Shown: positions 42,735 through 53,594 of the stretch, one piece after another
How the letters are laid out: every line of letters begins with the position of its first letter
How positions within the stretch are numbered: the first letter of the stretch is position 1
DNA from: Leptospira sp.
Lineage (GTDB): Bacteria; Spirochaetota; Leptospiria; Leptospirales; Leptospiraceae
Direction: 5' to 3'
DNA: 64,000 bases
Assembly (NCBI GenBank): GCA_027531445.1
Contig: JAPZRK010000007.1
Span: forward strand, 24,320-88,319
Position numbers and translations under genes: made by a program
The notes under the pieces: generated by a model
The model's database searches: none
What the model was told of the DNA's origin: nothing
The model's input: the letters and a program-made list of their open reading frames with translations, nothing else

Positions 42735-44272
42735 TTAAGTTTTATTTGATTATATTTTGTATTTTTTCTTCTTTCACTTATTTAATAGCAGAGGATGAAG
42801 AATCGCAAAAAACTAATTTAAACTTCAGTGGATCATTTAGGGTTCGTGGAACTAACGTAGGTAGAGATGTATTATTGACTAGGCAGTCGCCAGTTACGCC
42901 ATTTTCTGATCCTTTAGCAGAATACAACTCGAGACTCTTAAAAGAAGGTGAACTTATAGCCAAGGATTTGGAACGAAGGAGAATTGGTGAGCCCTCACAA
43001 TTAACACCGAGAAAGGAGGATATCAACTATTACGATACTAGGTTCTTATACAACATGAGTTTTTCAACTGGAAAGTATGTTGAGGGCGTATGGGGGATGC
43101 AAGTCGGAGATATTCCCTTTGGTGGAAGAGGGTTACGACCAACAGGTCCTGATGGTTTCGATCCTGGTGTTATTGGAGCTGGTTCCGGTGGTGAAAGAGG
43201 ACGAACGTCAGCTGTTAATGTGCAGACAAACTTTTTATATTTAAATTTTCGCATCCCAGAATCCGCGTTATTTATAAAGGTTGGACAACAGCTATTTACA
43301 TCCGCGCAGGGGCGCGTTTTGTTTTCTACAGGAACGGGCGTTAGTATCCTTAAAAACTTCCAGTTCTTAAGAATGTCATGGGAAGGCGGTTTGCTTCGTG
43401 CCAAAGATACTAGTTTTTTAGATGTCGATAAAAATGGTTTCGCTGATAAAAATTATCAAAATTCAAATATTTTTTATAATCGTGTGAAAGTAGAATACTT
43501 CAGAAATATACGCAATGAAGTTTACATGTATTACTTGGATGATAATGATAAAACAGACAACGAAACTTCCCGGTTAGGTTGGTATGGATTGTTCAATGAG
43601 TTTAACTTTCAAACTTTCTCATTTTCCGTACATGGCATATTGAACACTGGCATTGTCAAAAAACTGAAACCTATCAAAGATGCTTCCGACATAACAATTT
43701 ACAATACAACAAATCGTCATTTTATAAAGGGAGGATTCTATGATTTTCAATTTACCTACCGTTGGAATGATTCCTTAAACTTAAATTTGATAGCGTTGGG
43801 TACAACTGGCCGCCCAGGTTATGATGCAAATGGTGATGAGGCAAATTTAAAGGGTAATGGTTATAGAACTTTGGCCCCAGGATTTTCCATTTCAAATATT
43901 GCAACTGACTTTACAGGTGGTTATGCCATTTTCAATGGTTCTAGTTTTTCAGGTTTAAATGAATATGGAACCTTTGCCAATATCATTGCATTTGGACCAT
44001 ATCAATTCACGTTAGGTTATTACCAATTGTATGCTACAAAATCACCGGAGATAAAAATCAATCGGGAGTTTTCTGAATGGGCTGGATATAAAACATCTAC
44101 ATATCTTGGTATGGAATATAATTTTAATATTCGGTACAACGTTACCGCAGATTTTCAAATTGTTTTTAGATCTGGATATTTTGTCGCAGGTGATGCGATG
44201 TTTGTTTTGTTAGATTCAAAGTATGGAAAATATCTAAGAGAAGCATTCGTAATGTTCGAGCATAGATTTTAA
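42731..44272 (+). CDS. Probable outer-membrane beta-barrel protein
   Basis: Signal peptide, alternating aromatic/Gly strands, C-terminal Phe (FEHRF). Confidence 0.7.
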   Translation: MIKFYLIIFCIFSSFTYLIAEDEESQKTNLNFSGSFRVRGTNVGRDVLLTRQSPVTPFSDPLAEYNSRLLKEGELIAKDLERRRIGEPSQLTPRKEDINYYDTRFLYNMSFSTGKYVEGVWGMQVGDIPFGGRGLRPTGPDGFDPGVIGAGSGGERGRTSAVNVQTNFLYLNFRIPESALFIKVGQQLFTSAQGRVLFSTGTGVSILKNFQFLRMSWEGGLLRAKDTSFLDVDKNGFADKNYQNSNIFYNRVKVEYFRNIRNEVYMYYLDDNDKTDNETSRLGWYGLFNEFNFQTFSFSVHGILNTGIVKKLKPIKDASDITIYNTTNRHFIKGGFYDFQFTYRWNDSLNLNLIALGTTGRPGYDANGDEANLKGNGYRTLAPGFSISNIATDFTGGYAIFNGSSFSGLNEYGTFANIIAFGPYQFTLGYYQLYATKSPEIKINREFSEWAGYKTSTYLGMEYNFNIRYNVTADFQIVFRSGYFVAGDAMFVLLDSKYGKYLREAFVMFEHRF

Positions 44273-44874
44273 ATTTGAAGCCTTGATTTGATTGCTTTTC
44301 CCAAAGTATATTGATCAGAATACTCGATAGTTCCACCGATTGTGATTCCATGTGCGATTCTAGAAACGACTATATGAAGCTGTTTAATGAGATGTGAAAG
44401 GTATGAAGCTGTAGCATCTCCTTCTAGGGTAGGATTTGTTGCAATCAGAACCTCGGTTACTTCACCTTCTTTTAATCTTTCTATTAATTCTTTGATTCGA
44501 AGCTGATCTGGTCCGATTCCATCGAGTGGTGATATGGAGCCGTTCAAGACATGATATTTTCCTGAATATTCTTTTGTATTTTCTATAAAGAAGATGTCTT
44601 CGGGCTGTTCAACGACACAAATGATTTGCGAATCGCGTTTTGGAGATTCACAAATATTACAAATTTTTTCTTCTGTTAGTCCCGCACAAACTTCACAAAA
44701 GTGAAGCTTCTCTCTAGATTCTTTGATTCCATTGATCCAATTTTGGAAACTTGCGGGATCCATCCTGAGTACATGAAAACCTATTCGAGTTGCGCTCTTT
44801 TTACCGATACCTGGCAACTGAGAGAATGAAGTGATTAATTTCTGAAATTGATTATCAGACAGAAGGGTTACCAT
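44269..44874 (-). CDS. recR: Recombination protein RecR
   Basis: [15 protein letters not shown] zinc finger, [21 protein letters not shown]. Confidence 0.97.
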   Translation of the reverse strand: MVTLLSDNQFQKLITSFSQLPGIGKKSATRIGFHVLRMDPASFQNWINGIKESREKLHFCEVCAGLTEEKICNICESPKRDSQIICVVEQPEDIFFIENTKEYSGKYHVLNGSISPLDGIGPDQLRIKELIERLKEGEVTEVLIATNPTLEGDATASYLSHLIKQLHIVVSRIAHGITIGGTIEYSDQYTLGKAIKSRLQI

Positions 44875-45223
44875 TTTGGTTCATTTGATTCATCATGGAT
44901 TCGATGTCCTTTGGATTGAAACCAAGTATATTCTTTACTTCATATGCCATTGCTTCTTTAGATTTACGAATGGCCTCATTCGTTGCAGATAAAATTAAAT
45001 CCTCTAACATTTTTGAATCCTTGGATTGAAACATGATAGGGTTTATCTTGATATCAGTTATATTGCCGTCTCCCGAGGCCGTCACTTCAACCATACCTGC
45101 ACCGGCCGATGCCACGACGTGAAGCGCCGCTAATCTTTTTTGAAGTTCGGCTTGTTTCTCTTGCATATTTCCAAGTTGGGAGAATGCGTCTTTCATTTGT
45201 CGAACCTGATCAAAAATTCCCAT
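44855..45223 (-). CDS. ebfC: YbaB/EbfC nucleoid-associated protein
   Basis: [23 protein letters not shown]; between dnaX and recR. Confidence 0.92.
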   Translation of the reverse strand: MGIFDQVRQMKDAFSQLGNMQEKQAELQKRLAALHVVASAGAGMVEVTASGDGNITDIKINPIMFQSKDSKMLEDLILSATNEAIRKSKEAMAYEVKNILGFNPKDIESMMNQMNQNGNPSV

Positions 45224-45235
45224 AGTGTGTTTCTC

Positions 45236-46621
45236 CTAAATATTTTTAAACTGATTTGGATCTACTTCCATACCCGAAAATTTTTCTTTGATTAACATTT
45301 CCATATCCTGAGCAGGAGCAATAGGTGCGTTGGATTTCATTGCTTGTGAGTTAGACTTCTCAAGGGTAGATGGTGGTGTGCTTATGGGGGTTGGTGCGGC
45401 GGTCTTTGTCGGAATGGAGACAGTATTGTCTTGGATATTGTTAATATCAGACTGAATTAGTTTTGTAAGCTCAGAGATTTTTGAAAGTAAGCCAGAAACA
45501 CTTGGCTTTTCTCTTTCTAGAATCACTTTACGAAACTGAATTTCCAAGTATACTTTCACTTCATAGGAACTTCTTAATTTCATTTGATTTAACTTTTCAT
45601 GAATCAGAAATATATTTTCGGATAACATGATTAGTAGTTCTTTATCTAGTGTTCGAAATTGAGTTTTTATTTTTTGGATATCGTCTTGAGGAATATTTAT
45701 AGATTCACGTTCAGCTAGATTATCCTGAATTAATAGTAAGGAGTTTAAAAATTCAACAAAATCCCAAATGAATTTAATTAGATCTACACCTTCTTGAAAA
45801 TAGTGCTCTAATTTTTCAAAAATTTGTGCAGATTTCGTAGAATCCAAGATGTCGTTCAAAAAATCGATAAATGTATCGATACCATGATACCCTATCATCT
45901 TTCTAAGTTTTGCACCAGTTAGATTGCCATCCGTAAAGACAACTGCTTGTTCCATAAATGAAAGCGTGTCTCGAACAGATCCGTCCCCTTTTTTAGCAAT
46001 CCAGAAGAGACCCTCAGTATCATAATTTAAGTTTTCTTTCTTAGCTATGGTTTCGATGTATTGTTGTAATACGGAAACGGGAACCTTTCTAAAGGTAAAA
46101 TCTTGACATCGTGAGAGTATCGTTTCAGGAATTTTGTGATATTCAGTGGTGGCTAAAATGAAAACGACATGTTGTGGCGGTTCTTCTAAGGTTTTTAACA
46201 ATGCATTAAATGCCGCACCGCTTAACATATGTACTTCATCCAAAATGTAAACGCGGTACTTACCGCCCATAGCATTGAACTTAACATTTTCCCGAAGTTC
46301 CCGAACGTTATCGACTCCACTGTTGGAAGCGGCATCGATTTCAAGGACATCGTTCGAATTTCCTTTGGTAATTTCGATGCAGGATGTGCATTGGTTGCAA
46401 GGTTCGACACCATCTGGTCTTTCGCAGTTAAGACGTTTTGCTAGGATACGAGCAATAGTAGTTTTACCGACACCACGTGGACCTATGAATATGTAGGCAT
46501 GCCCTATTTTTTTTGTTTTGAATGCGTTGCTGAGTGAATTTACAGCGAGATCTTGGTAGATAACGTCTTTAAAAAATTGCGGACGATACTTGCGGAATAA
46601 AACTTGGTGACTTTCGTTCAT
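45236..46621 (-). CDS. dnaX: DNA polymerase III gamma/tau subunit
   Basis: [43 protein letters not shown]. Confidence 0.97.
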   Translation of the reverse strand: MNESHQVLFRKYRPQFFKDVIYQDLAVNSLSNAFKTKKIGHAYIFIGPRGVGKTTIARILAKRLNCERPDGVEPCNQCTSCIEITKGNSNDVLEIDAASNSGVDNVRELRENVKFNAMGGKYRVYILDEVHMLSGAAFNALLKTLEEPPQHVVFILATTEYHKIPETILSRCQDFTFRKVPVSVLQQYIETIAKKENLNYDTEGLFWIAKKGDGSVRDTLSFMEQAVVFTDGNLTGAKLRKMIGYHGIDTFIDFLNDILDSTKSAQIFEKLEHYFQEGVDLIKFIWDFVEFLNSLLLIQDNLAERESINIPQDDIQKIKTQFRTLDKELLIMLSENIFLIHEKLNQMKLRSSYEVKVYLEIQFRKVILEREKPSVSGLLSKISELTKLIQSDINNIQDNTVSIPTKTAAPTPISTPPSTLEKSNSQAMKSNAPIAPAQDMEMLIKEKFSGMEVDPNQFKNI

Positions 46622-46631
46622 TTAGAAACCT

Positions 46632-46716
<85 letters not shown>

Positions 46717-46761
46717 AATGAGTTCTACGAACATCCATAAAAAGAAATGGTCAATAGAATT

Positions 46762-47202
46762 CTACCTTTTCTCTTTGAAAAACGCCTTAAAATCGGACTC
46801 AATCGAAGAATTTTTAATGAGTTCAATTTTTGGAAAATGATTTAGCAGGTATATACTTTCCATTGAATAAGAAGTGATGCCTTCTCCCTTTTTGGCTGGT
46901 AAAAAGTAATAAATTTCAGGTAATTTAACCCGAATGATTGATCCGGCACATTGCAAACAAGGCTCTAATGTTGTGACAAGTCTGCAGTCCATTAAATATT
47001 TTCCATTCATCTTCTTAAGTGCCAGGTCTATAGCGTTGATTTCGCTATGGGATGTGGCGTTTAACTGCGATTCGACGTTGTTGAAAGATTCGGAGATCAG
47101 TTCGTCTTTGTTGGTGTAGATTTGAGTAAAGGAAGGAATCTCGTTTGGAAACTTGGACTTTATGTGCCCGTATTGAGCGAGGAATGTTTCCTTAAAATCC
47201 AA
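46762..47202 (-). CDS. tadA: tRNA adenosine-34 deaminase TadA
   Basis: HSE and TLEPCLQC zinc motifs, FFKEKR end; TTG start next to tRNA-Arg(ACG). Confidence 0.85.
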   Translation of the reverse strand: MDFKETFLAQYGHIKSKFPNEIPSFTQIYTNKDELISESFNNVESQLNATSHSEINAIDLALKKMNGKYLMDCRLVTTLEPCLQCAGSIIRVKLPEIYYFLPAKKGEGITSYSMESIYLLNHFPKIELIKNSSIESDFKAFFKEKR

Positions 47203-47203
47203 G

Positions 47204-47277
47204 CGCGCCCAAGAGGATTTGAACCTCTAACCTTCTGATCCGTAGTCAGATACTCTATCCAGTTGAGCTATGGGCGC
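47204..47277 (-). tRNA. tRNA-Arg(ACG)
   Basis: GCGCCCA/TGGGCGC acceptor stem, TCTGA-CT-ACG-GA-TCAGA, GTTCAAATC; CCA not encoded. Confidence 0.97.
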
Positions 47278-47661
47278 AAGATTGCTTTCTAAAAATTTTA
47301 CCCAGTCTGAAAGAATGAGTATTTCAATGGTTTTTTTGAATCGGACAGAGTAAATCAAAAATCCCGAGATAAAGAGATAAAATACAATCGATACAAGATG
47401 GATAAGATTGGAGATTACGTTACCAATCCACGGAAGGATAGAACAGACCTGAGCAAAAACCAAAAGTGAAAAAAATAAACTCGTGTTAATTGCGGAATAG
47501 AATGAAACTTCTCTGATTTTATTTACTTTTGAGAACCAAGTGAAAGTCGGAACCCACGAAAAATACAGTGGTAGGGCAGCTAGATAGCTAAGATATTCTT
47601 CTCGATCTGCTGTTTCGATGAATTGGGAGAATTTTTCTCTTAAGAGGGCAATCTTTGACAT
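47227..47661 (-). CDS. Small membrane protein whose 3' end overlaps tRNA-Arg
   Basis: Three hydrophobic segments; last 16 codons and TAG stop lie inside the tRNA. Confidence 0.7.
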   Translation of the reverse strand: MSKIALLREKFSQFIETADREEYLSYLAALPLYFSWVPTFTWFSKVNKIREVSFYSAINTSLFFSLLVFAQVCSILPWIGNVISNLIHLVSIVFYLFISGFLIYSVRFKKTIEILILSDWVKFLESNLAPIAQLDRVSDYGSEG

Positions 47662-47668
47662 ACACTTT

Positions 47669-47757
47669 CGGAGACGCAGGGATTCGAACCCTGGGTACGT
47701 TTTAACACGTACGACGGTTTAGCAAACCGCTCCTTTCGGCCACTCAGGCACGTCTCC
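47669..47757 (-). tRNA. tRNA-Ser(GCT)
   Basis: GGAGACG/CGTCTCC acceptor stem, GCT anticodon, long variable arm, GTTCGAATC. Confidence 0.97.
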
Positions 47758-47766
47758 ATAATACTT

Positions 47767-47850
<84 letters not shown>

Positions 47851-47864
47851 AAGAGTACCTATCC

Positions 47865-47892
47865 GTTATCGGAAATTCAAGTGCAGTGTCAA
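47865..47892 (-). promoter_or_regulatory. Possible sigma70 promoter for the tRNA operon
   Basis: Minus-strand TTGACA (47892-47887), 16 nt, GATAAC (47870-47865), 14 nt before tRNA-Ser(TGA). Confidence 0.45.
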
Positions 47893-47920
47893 ATGAATAA
47901 TCAATGAATGGTTGCAGAGA

Positions 47921-49039
47921 ATGAAAAAGCTAAGAATAAAACTTCAAAAATGGGTAAACGGTGGGTATACAATTGCACATCACGATGGTCACGCTGTATT
48001 TATAAATGGTGGAATTCCTGGTGAATTGGTAGACATAACTCTTGAAAAACTGGGCAAAAAAGAATGGTTTGGTACCGTTTCAGAAGTAATAGAAGCTTCG
48101 ATAGACAGGATTGATTCGGATTGTATTGTCTATCAGAAATGTGGAGGTTGCGCTTTCCGTCACATAACATACAAAAATGAAATTGAAGTTAAATTGCAGT
48201 CCTTACGTGAAATGTTTCCCAACGAATCAAATTGGATCGAATTGATAACAGGATCAGAGTTGAATTATAGGAACAATGTCCAATGGCAGATAGACAAGGG
48301 TAAAATTGGCTTTTTTTCTAAACAAACTCATCAAGTTGTCGAAGGATCACAAGAGGCCTGTCTCAACTTAGAGCCAAATCTGTTAGGGAGTGCATTAAAC
48401 CCAATATTCAAAAAAAACCTCGGAAAGAAGAAAAGCATCCACCTTCGTCTAACAGAAAATGGAATTTTTGATTATGAAAAACAAACTTCTTTAATGATTG
48501 TAAATGGATTTCGTATCTCTGTTCCTGAAAAAGGTTTTTTTCAAGTAAACAGATACCTGATTCAACCTTGGTTAGATAAGATTGGCGAATGGTTGAACGA
48601 AAAGGAGAAAGTCTTAGAATTATTTTGTGGGTCAGGTATGATCGGCATTTCTCTCAGCCAAAAAATAGCTGAACTTTATGGGATAGAATTGCATTCGAAA
48701 AGTATTGATTTTGCGAAAGAAAACGCAAAAACCAATGGAGTTCATAATTTTCATTATGAATCTATTGATTTATACCAGAGACCTATTCCGAAGGCGGCAG
48801 ACAAATATCCAACATGGATTGTGAATCCACCAAGAGCCGGATTAACAAAAGAAATCATTGCAATGATGGCGAAATGTAAACCAACAAAAATCATTTATTC
48901 AAGTTGTAATCCAAGCACACTCAAACGAGATATTGTTGAGTTAAAAAAAAGAAATTATAGAGTTTCAAAAATTGTTCTCTTAGATTTTTTTCCACGCACT
49001 CCCCATTACGAAGTGTTAACTTGTCTGGAGAGAACGTAG
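47921..49039 (+). CDS. RlmD/TrmA family RNA m5U methyltransferase
   Basis: TRAM-like start, C..YQKCGGC Fe-S motif, FFQVN, ELFCGSG, VNPPRAG, YSSCNP, FFPRTPHYE. Start moved to ATG 47921. Confidence 0.9.
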   Translation: MKKLRIKLQKWVNGGYTIAHHDGHAVFINGGIPGELVDITLEKLGKKEWFGTVSEVIEASIDRIDSDCIVYQKCGGCAFRHITYKNEIEVKLQSLREMFPNESNWIELITGSELNYRNNVQWQIDKGKIGFFSKQTHQVVEGSQEACLNLEPNLLGSALNPIFKKNLGKKKSIHLRLTENGIFDYEKQTSLMIVNGFRISVPEKGFFQVNRYLIQPWLDKIGEWLNEKEKVLELFCGSGMIGISLSQKIAELYGIELHSKSIDFAKENAKTNGVHNFHYESIDLYQRPIPKAADKYPTWIVNPPRAGLTKEIIAMMAKCKPTKIIYSSCNPSTLKRDIVELKKRNYRVSKIVLLDFFPRTPHYEVLTCLERT

Positions 49040-49050
49040 AATTTTTGAGA

Positions 49051-49254
49051 TTACTTCTCTGATTTTGTAGAGAACTTGAAAGGAAGGTATGCAGGACAAA
49101 AACCGACTGCAGACGTTCCAATCATGACAACACCGACTACCGCTAACACAATGGCGACAGTTCCTTCCACAACTCCACCTAAGTAAAGTCCACCCAAAAT
49201 CAAACCTACAGCAACTCTGGCGATCCGATCATATGTTCCCATATTCTTAAACAT
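49051..49254 (-). CDS. DUF2892/YgaP-like small membrane protein
   Basis: NMGTYDRIAR, two TM helices, GFCPAY; RBS GTGAGGA. Confidence 0.88.
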   Translation of the reverse strand: MFKNMGTYDRIARVAVGLILGGLYLGGVVEGTVAIVLAVVGVVMIGTSAVGFCPAYLPFKFSTKSEK

Positions 49255-49287
49255 TTTATTTCCTCACTTCCTAATAGAAAAAATATA

Positions 49288-50172
49288 TCATACTTTTCTA
49301 TGAGTTTCAAGCCAGTTTGTAATGTCTTCTACTACTTCTTCTGGTTTTTCCCAATGCAGGAAATGACCCGCGTGGTCAAATCCCAGTCTTCGGAGTCCGA
49401 ATGGGAAGTCGGAATCTCTCAGAATTTGCTCAAAAAGATTCCGATGGAAACAACCATCATTTAAACCATAAAGCACCTGAGTCGGAGAACCAACCACTGC
49501 ATCGATAATTCCCAATATGCTTTCGCGCCCAGAATCTGTTAGCAAATCATTGAGGTTGCGGTAATAAGCTAAGGCCGAGGATAACACTCCTGGATTTTGA
49601 AAGGATGCTTTGATTTCTGCAAGGTGTTCTGAGTTCGGTTGATAATCTGGAGACCAATCTTTCCATAAATAATCTACAAGAGCGAAATCGTTGGAGCGGA
49701 GTGTAAGTTCTGCAAGATAAGGAATTTGAAACAGTAATAAATACCAAGAGTTAAGTGATTGCTGGGGAGCCCAAAACAGAGATTCTTGATAATTTTTAAG
49801 TAGTGGTACACCAATGGAAGTGATTGATGAGATCCGCATAGGATAGTAAATACCGCAAGCATAAGCGATAACCGAACCCCAGTTATGTCCAACTAAGTGA
49901 ACATGATCCCAACCCCTGTCATCCATCCAACCGAGAATATCTAAAATTAAATCATTGATATGTAACTTCGACCAATGAGAGATGGACCCTGGTTCATATC
50001 CTCGCATAACAGGAGCCACACAGTGGAATCCCTGCTTTGCTATCGGTTCTAATATATGTGAAAATGTTTTATTATTATCAGGGAAACCATGAAGGAATAA
50101 AACAGGTTCTCCTACACCCGCCTCAATGGTAGAAAAGACTGTCTGTTTATTTCGTATCTCAGAATAAAACAT
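49288..50172 (-). CDS. Alpha/beta hydrolase (epoxide hydrolase-like) with Asn at the nucleophile position
   Basis: LHGFPD, MRGY, GHNWG (normally GHDWG), GHFLHWE. Confidence 0.88.
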   Translation of the reverse strand: MFYSEIRNKQTVFSTIEAGVGEPVLFLHGFPDNNKTFSHILEPIAKQGFHCVAPVMRGYEPGSISHWSKLHINDLILDILGWMDDRGWDHVHLVGHNWGSVIAYACGIYYPMRISSITSIGVPLLKNYQESLFWAPQQSLNSWYLLLFQIPYLAELTLRSNDFALVDYLWKDWSPDYQPNSEHLAEIKASFQNPGVLSSALAYYRNLNDLLTDSGRESILGIIDAVVGSPTQVLYGLNDGCFHRNLFEQILRDSDFPFGLRRLGFDHAGHFLHWEKPEEVVEDITNWLETHRKV

Positions 50173-51191
50173 TAGTTTACTCCTATCCTTATCTTAGGTG
50201 TTTGTTTAAAGAAATTTAAAACGATACGGGATGCATCAATGTCGTCGGTCAAATACCCATAATTTTTTTCATTAACATAGAAGAAACCATGTGGCCAAAC
50301 ATGCCCACCTTTTTCTATCAAATGTGCCTCTAATCTACTATTTGTGTTGGAGTTCATATACGTTTGCTTTATAATCTCTCCATTTTTTCTACGCGAGAGG
50401 GATTCGATAATTTGGAAATCCTCCAAATCACATTTCAATCTATTTTTCCACAATTGTACTGTATCCTGGTAGGAGAGACTTTCGCCGCCTGGAAGTCGTT
50501 CCGCATTTGGTTCAGAGGAGACGGGAATATATATATTTCCGCCATTGAATGGAATGATATCATCTTTTTTGCCAAATATGAAACCCACGGATACTGGGCT
50601 CTGTATATTGCAAGAATTTGCAATAAAGACAGATGATGTGGCCGCAACAGAAAACCCTGATGCAAAGAGATCTGATGCTTCGCAGATTAATCTTTGTGCC
50701 ATAAATCCACCATTTGAAATTCCAACTACATGTATTCGCTGGCTATCCACGTTATAGTTCATTTTAAAAAATTCTATCATGTCCCGAAAAAATTGGACAT
50801 CATCGATATTCAGTTGATCCGTGATGAATCTTTGAATTCCTCTTCCGTCATTCCACCGGTTGGCATAACCTGTAGGATAAACGACTATAAAATCTTCTTC
50901 CTCGGCATAATCCGTTATGCGAGAAAGATAGATCATAGCTTCACCATTTCCTCCACCACCATGTAAAACAAAAATCAATGGTTTAGCAGTGGTCTGATTT
51001 TCCCTAGGTAAATAATATCGAAAAACTCTTTCTCTCCCCGCACTTAATATCTTGGATTCTTTGTGATCTGATACTGGAACAAACTTAGGCAATGTTTTGC
51101 AAAAAGAACAAATGTTAAGTGAACACAATAAAAAAATTGATTTCAGTTTCACGAAAACAGTTTTTTCCAAATCGTTAATTGTTCTGAACAT
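50172..51191 (-). CDS. PHB-depolymerase/LpqC-like esterase, probably exported
   Basis: VLHGGGG, VVYPTG, WNDG, DDVQF, GISNGG, GGHVWP. Confidence 0.85.
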   Translation of the reverse strand: MFRTINDLEKTVFVKLKSIFLLCSLNICSFCKTLPKFVPVSDHKESKILSAGRERVFRYYLPRENQTTAKPLIFVLHGGGGNGEAMIYLSRITDYAEEEDFIVVYPTGYANRWNDGRGIQRFITDQLNIDDVQFFRDMIEFFKMNYNVDSQRIHVVGISNGGFMAQRLICEASDLFASGFSVAATSSVFIANSCNIQSPVSVGFIFGKKDDIIPFNGGNIYIPVSSEPNAERLPGGESLSYQDTVQLWKNRLKCDLEDFQIIESLSRRKNGEIIKQTYMNSNTNSRLEAHLIEKGGHVWPHGFFYVNEKNYGYLTDDIDASRIVLNFFKQTPKIRIGVN

Positions 51192-51622
51192 TTGGCATCA
51201 CTTTCCATAGGGTAGGCATGATGAAATTCTTTATCAACACTTTCAATGTATGGACCGGATTTACCTTCAAAGCAGACGGCAACATCACTCAAGCATACCA
51301 AATTATGCCAAACCCCTGGTTGAATATCTATACCAAAGTTCGGTCCCTCCGAACAAAGGAGATGCTTTTCCTTTAGAGTTCCATCATTATTAAAGATTAA
51401 GAAACCGACTTTACCTTGTAGAATGACAAATGTTTCTGGTTTGGGATCTGCGAGATGCCTGTGCACAGAGATGAACGTTTCTTTTGTAAGAACATTTAGA
51501 AATCGTTGGTATACTTCTGTTAGTTGATGAAAATTATGGTTCTTTCTTTTTCGCGGAGAGGAATTTGCTTCTGAAATTACTCTTTCAATCAGTTTCTGAT
51601 CAATAATTTGTATGTCCTGCAA
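51149..51622 (-). CDS. WbuC family cupin-fold metalloprotein
   Basis: SPRKRKNHNFH, QRFLNV, VHRH, ETFVILQG, WHNLV, EGKSGPY. Confidence 0.85.
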   Translation of the reverse strand: MQDIQIIDQKLIERVISEANSSPRKRKNHNFHQLTEVYQRFLNVLTKETFISVHRHLADPKPETFVILQGKVGFLIFNNDGTLKEKHLLCSEGPNFGIDIQPGVWHNLVCLSDVAVCFEGKSGPYIESVDKEFHHAYPMESDAKCSEQLTIWKKLFS

Positions 51623-51794
51623 GAGTTCGACCTTCCAATCTTGATTCGATATACGAGAGCATATCGGAAACGCATGCAGTACATGTTTCTGCCGCTCCTA
51701 ATTCTCTCGCGACCTCAAGTATAGGTCTTTCTGAATCTTTTACAATCTTTAAGATATCTTGAAAGTAAACTTCTGCACAGTGACACTTTTCCAT
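51600..51794 (-). CDS. Bfd-like [2Fe-2S] ferredoxin
   Basis: C-x-C-x31-C-x2-C motif. Start moved to ATG 51794. Confidence 0.8.
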   Translation of the reverse strand: MEKCHCAEVYFQDILKIVKDSERPILEVARELGAAETCTACVSDMLSYIESRLEGRTLAGHTNY

Positions 51795-51847
51795 AGTGGT
51801 TCTGAGAATCATTCTCTGTACAAACAAATCGATTTGCAATTCAAAAA

Positions 51848-52960
51848 TCAGTCATTTAGCAAACTTTCGTACATTTTTTTGATTTTTTTAATCTGATCTA
51901 ACCAGTGAAACCTTACAGAATTGACTAATCCTTCGCTTTTTTTGGAGATTCGCAGCTCATGATCTCCAAGAAGGCGTAATAAGACTTCTTGGAAGTCCTT
52001 ATCGTTTGTTGGATCAAATAAAAATGCAGAGTCCTTCAAAATTTCGGGCAATACCGTCGCGTTTGATGACAAGACAGGAGCACCCACTGCCTGGGCCTCC
52101 AAAACTGGAAATCCAAACCCTTCAAATTTGCTAGGAAATATAAAAAGATCCGATGTTTGGTAGATGAATGGAAGTTTTTCATAAGATAGAAATGGAAGAA
52201 TTATCAGTTTATCTGGAAATTGAGATTTTAAATTTTGGATGTCATCTGGTACATCTTTTGAAATCCCACCTAATATGAGTGGTATATCTAGTGAACCATT
52301 GCGCCATAGCGTAACTAGATTTCGGATGAGGAATTCAAAATTTTTATGAACCTTACCTATTCCTATGGAAAGAAGGAAAGTTTTCGGAAGGTTTAGATTC
52401 TGGCGAAATTCGTTAACCAGTACTTCGTCATTTGGATGAAATATAAGTGGATCGATTCCATTGTAGATTACCTCGATGTCTCTATTCCCAGAATAGAATT
52501 CCTTTTGTATATCTTGCTTAGTAAAATTAGAAACAGCTACGATCTTTTTTGCATATCGAATAATGAGTCTTAGTATAAAGTTTAAGTAGAAACGTTTTAT
52601 CAAAGATCCATGGACCGATTTGAAATGGTATGGTATCAAGTCGTGAATAGTCACGATACATTTTGAAATCTGAAAGATTGGAACATTAAAGTGAGGTATA
52701 TCCAGCAGATCCATATTCTTCATTGCTGGATGGCCCATCCACTCCTTGACCGAGTAAATTTTTGCAAAATAAGGGATGATTTTTGCATGTTTCGGTAAAT
52801 CATAATTGCGCAACTTTTCAGGATCACCAAACACAAATAATTCAGCATCGATCATATTTATTGGCCAAAATCTGAGTATATGTTGGATGCGAACTCCGAT
52901 ACCGGAATGTTCAATCATACGGGCATCATATCCGATTTTTCTTCTCATGGATTCATCCAT
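51848..52960 (-). CDS. Glycosyltransferase family 4
   Basis: SGIG, VTIHDLIP, VIYNGID, HKN, FPSKFEGFGFPVLEAQAVG. Confidence 0.93.
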   Translation of the reverse strand: MDESMRRKIGYDARMIEHSGIGVRIQHILRFWPINMIDAELFVFGDPEKLRNYDLPKHAKIIPYFAKIYSVKEWMGHPAMKNMDLLDIPHFNVPIFQISKCIVTIHDLIPYHFKSVHGSLIKRFYLNFILRLIIRYAKKIVAVSNFTKQDIQKEFYSGNRDIEVIYNGIDPLIFHPNDEVLVNEFRQNLNLPKTFLLSIGIGKVHKNFEFLIRNLVTLWRNGSLDIPLILGGISKDVPDDIQNLKSQFPDKLIILPFLSYEKLPFIYQTSDLFIFPSKFEGFGFPVLEAQAVGAPVLSSNATVLPEILKDSAFLFDPTNDKDFQEVLLRLLGDHELRISKKSEGLVNSVRFHWLDQIKKIKKMYESLLND

Positions 52961-53030
52961 TCTGAGCTAGAATGGAGAAAAAACGACAACATTCTCATCA
53001 GTTTGGAATCCAATGGGAGTCAAATTAGCA

Positions 53031-53582
53031 ATGGAAGACTTAGTAGAAGAGATATTGCGACAAGTTGGAGAAGATCCTAGCCGAGAGGGTCTCGTAAAAA
53101 CACCGAATCGTGTAAAAAAGGCATATGAATTCTTAACTAGTGGCTACAGCGCGGATATCAATAAGATAGTCAATGGAGCTATTTTCGAAGAGAAAACAAC
53201 TGGTATGGTACTTGTTCGGGATATTGAAATGTACTCCCTTTGCGAGCACCATTTGCTTCCATTCTATGGCAGGGCGCACGTTGCCTATATTCCTAACAAA
53301 AAAATAATCGGTATTAGTAAGATTCCTCGCATTGTAGATATCTTTGCCCGGAGATTGCAAGTTCAGGAAAGATTAACAGATCAAATCGCACAGGCTATTC
53401 AAGAAACCTTAGATCCTTTGGGAGTTGGTGTAATTATCAAGGCAAAACATCTTTGTATGATGATGAGGGGAGTCCAAAAACAAAATTCCGAGCTGTTCAC
53501 ATCCAGCCTCCTTGGTGTATTTAAATCTGATCCGACAACCCGAAGCGAATTTTTAGATTTGATTCGAACTGGGTCTCACTGA
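53031..53582 (+). CDS. folE: GTP cyclohydrolase I
   Basis: [42 protein letters not shown]. Start taken at ATG 53031 (53013 possible). Confidence 0.96.
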   Translation: MEDLVEEILRQVGEDPSREGLVKTPNRVKKAYEFLTSGYSADINKIVNGAIFEEKTTGMVLVRDIEMYSLCEHHLLPFYGRAHVAYIPNKKIIGISKIPRIVDIFARRLQVQERLTDQIAQAIQETLDPLGVGVIIKAKHLCMMMRGVQKQNSELFTSSLLGVFKSDPTTRSEFLDLIRTGSH

Positions 53583-53594
53583 TAAAAGGAAGGG

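Noticed and set aside
45988-45994. AAAAAAG heptamer in dnaX as a gamma/tau frameshift site
   Set aside because: Wrong frame (AAA AAA GGG) and inside the AAA+ domain, so a shift would not give a gamma subunit.
51145-51160. AGTTTCACGAAAACAG parS-like sequence
   Set aside because: Half-site only (10/16) and far from parAB.
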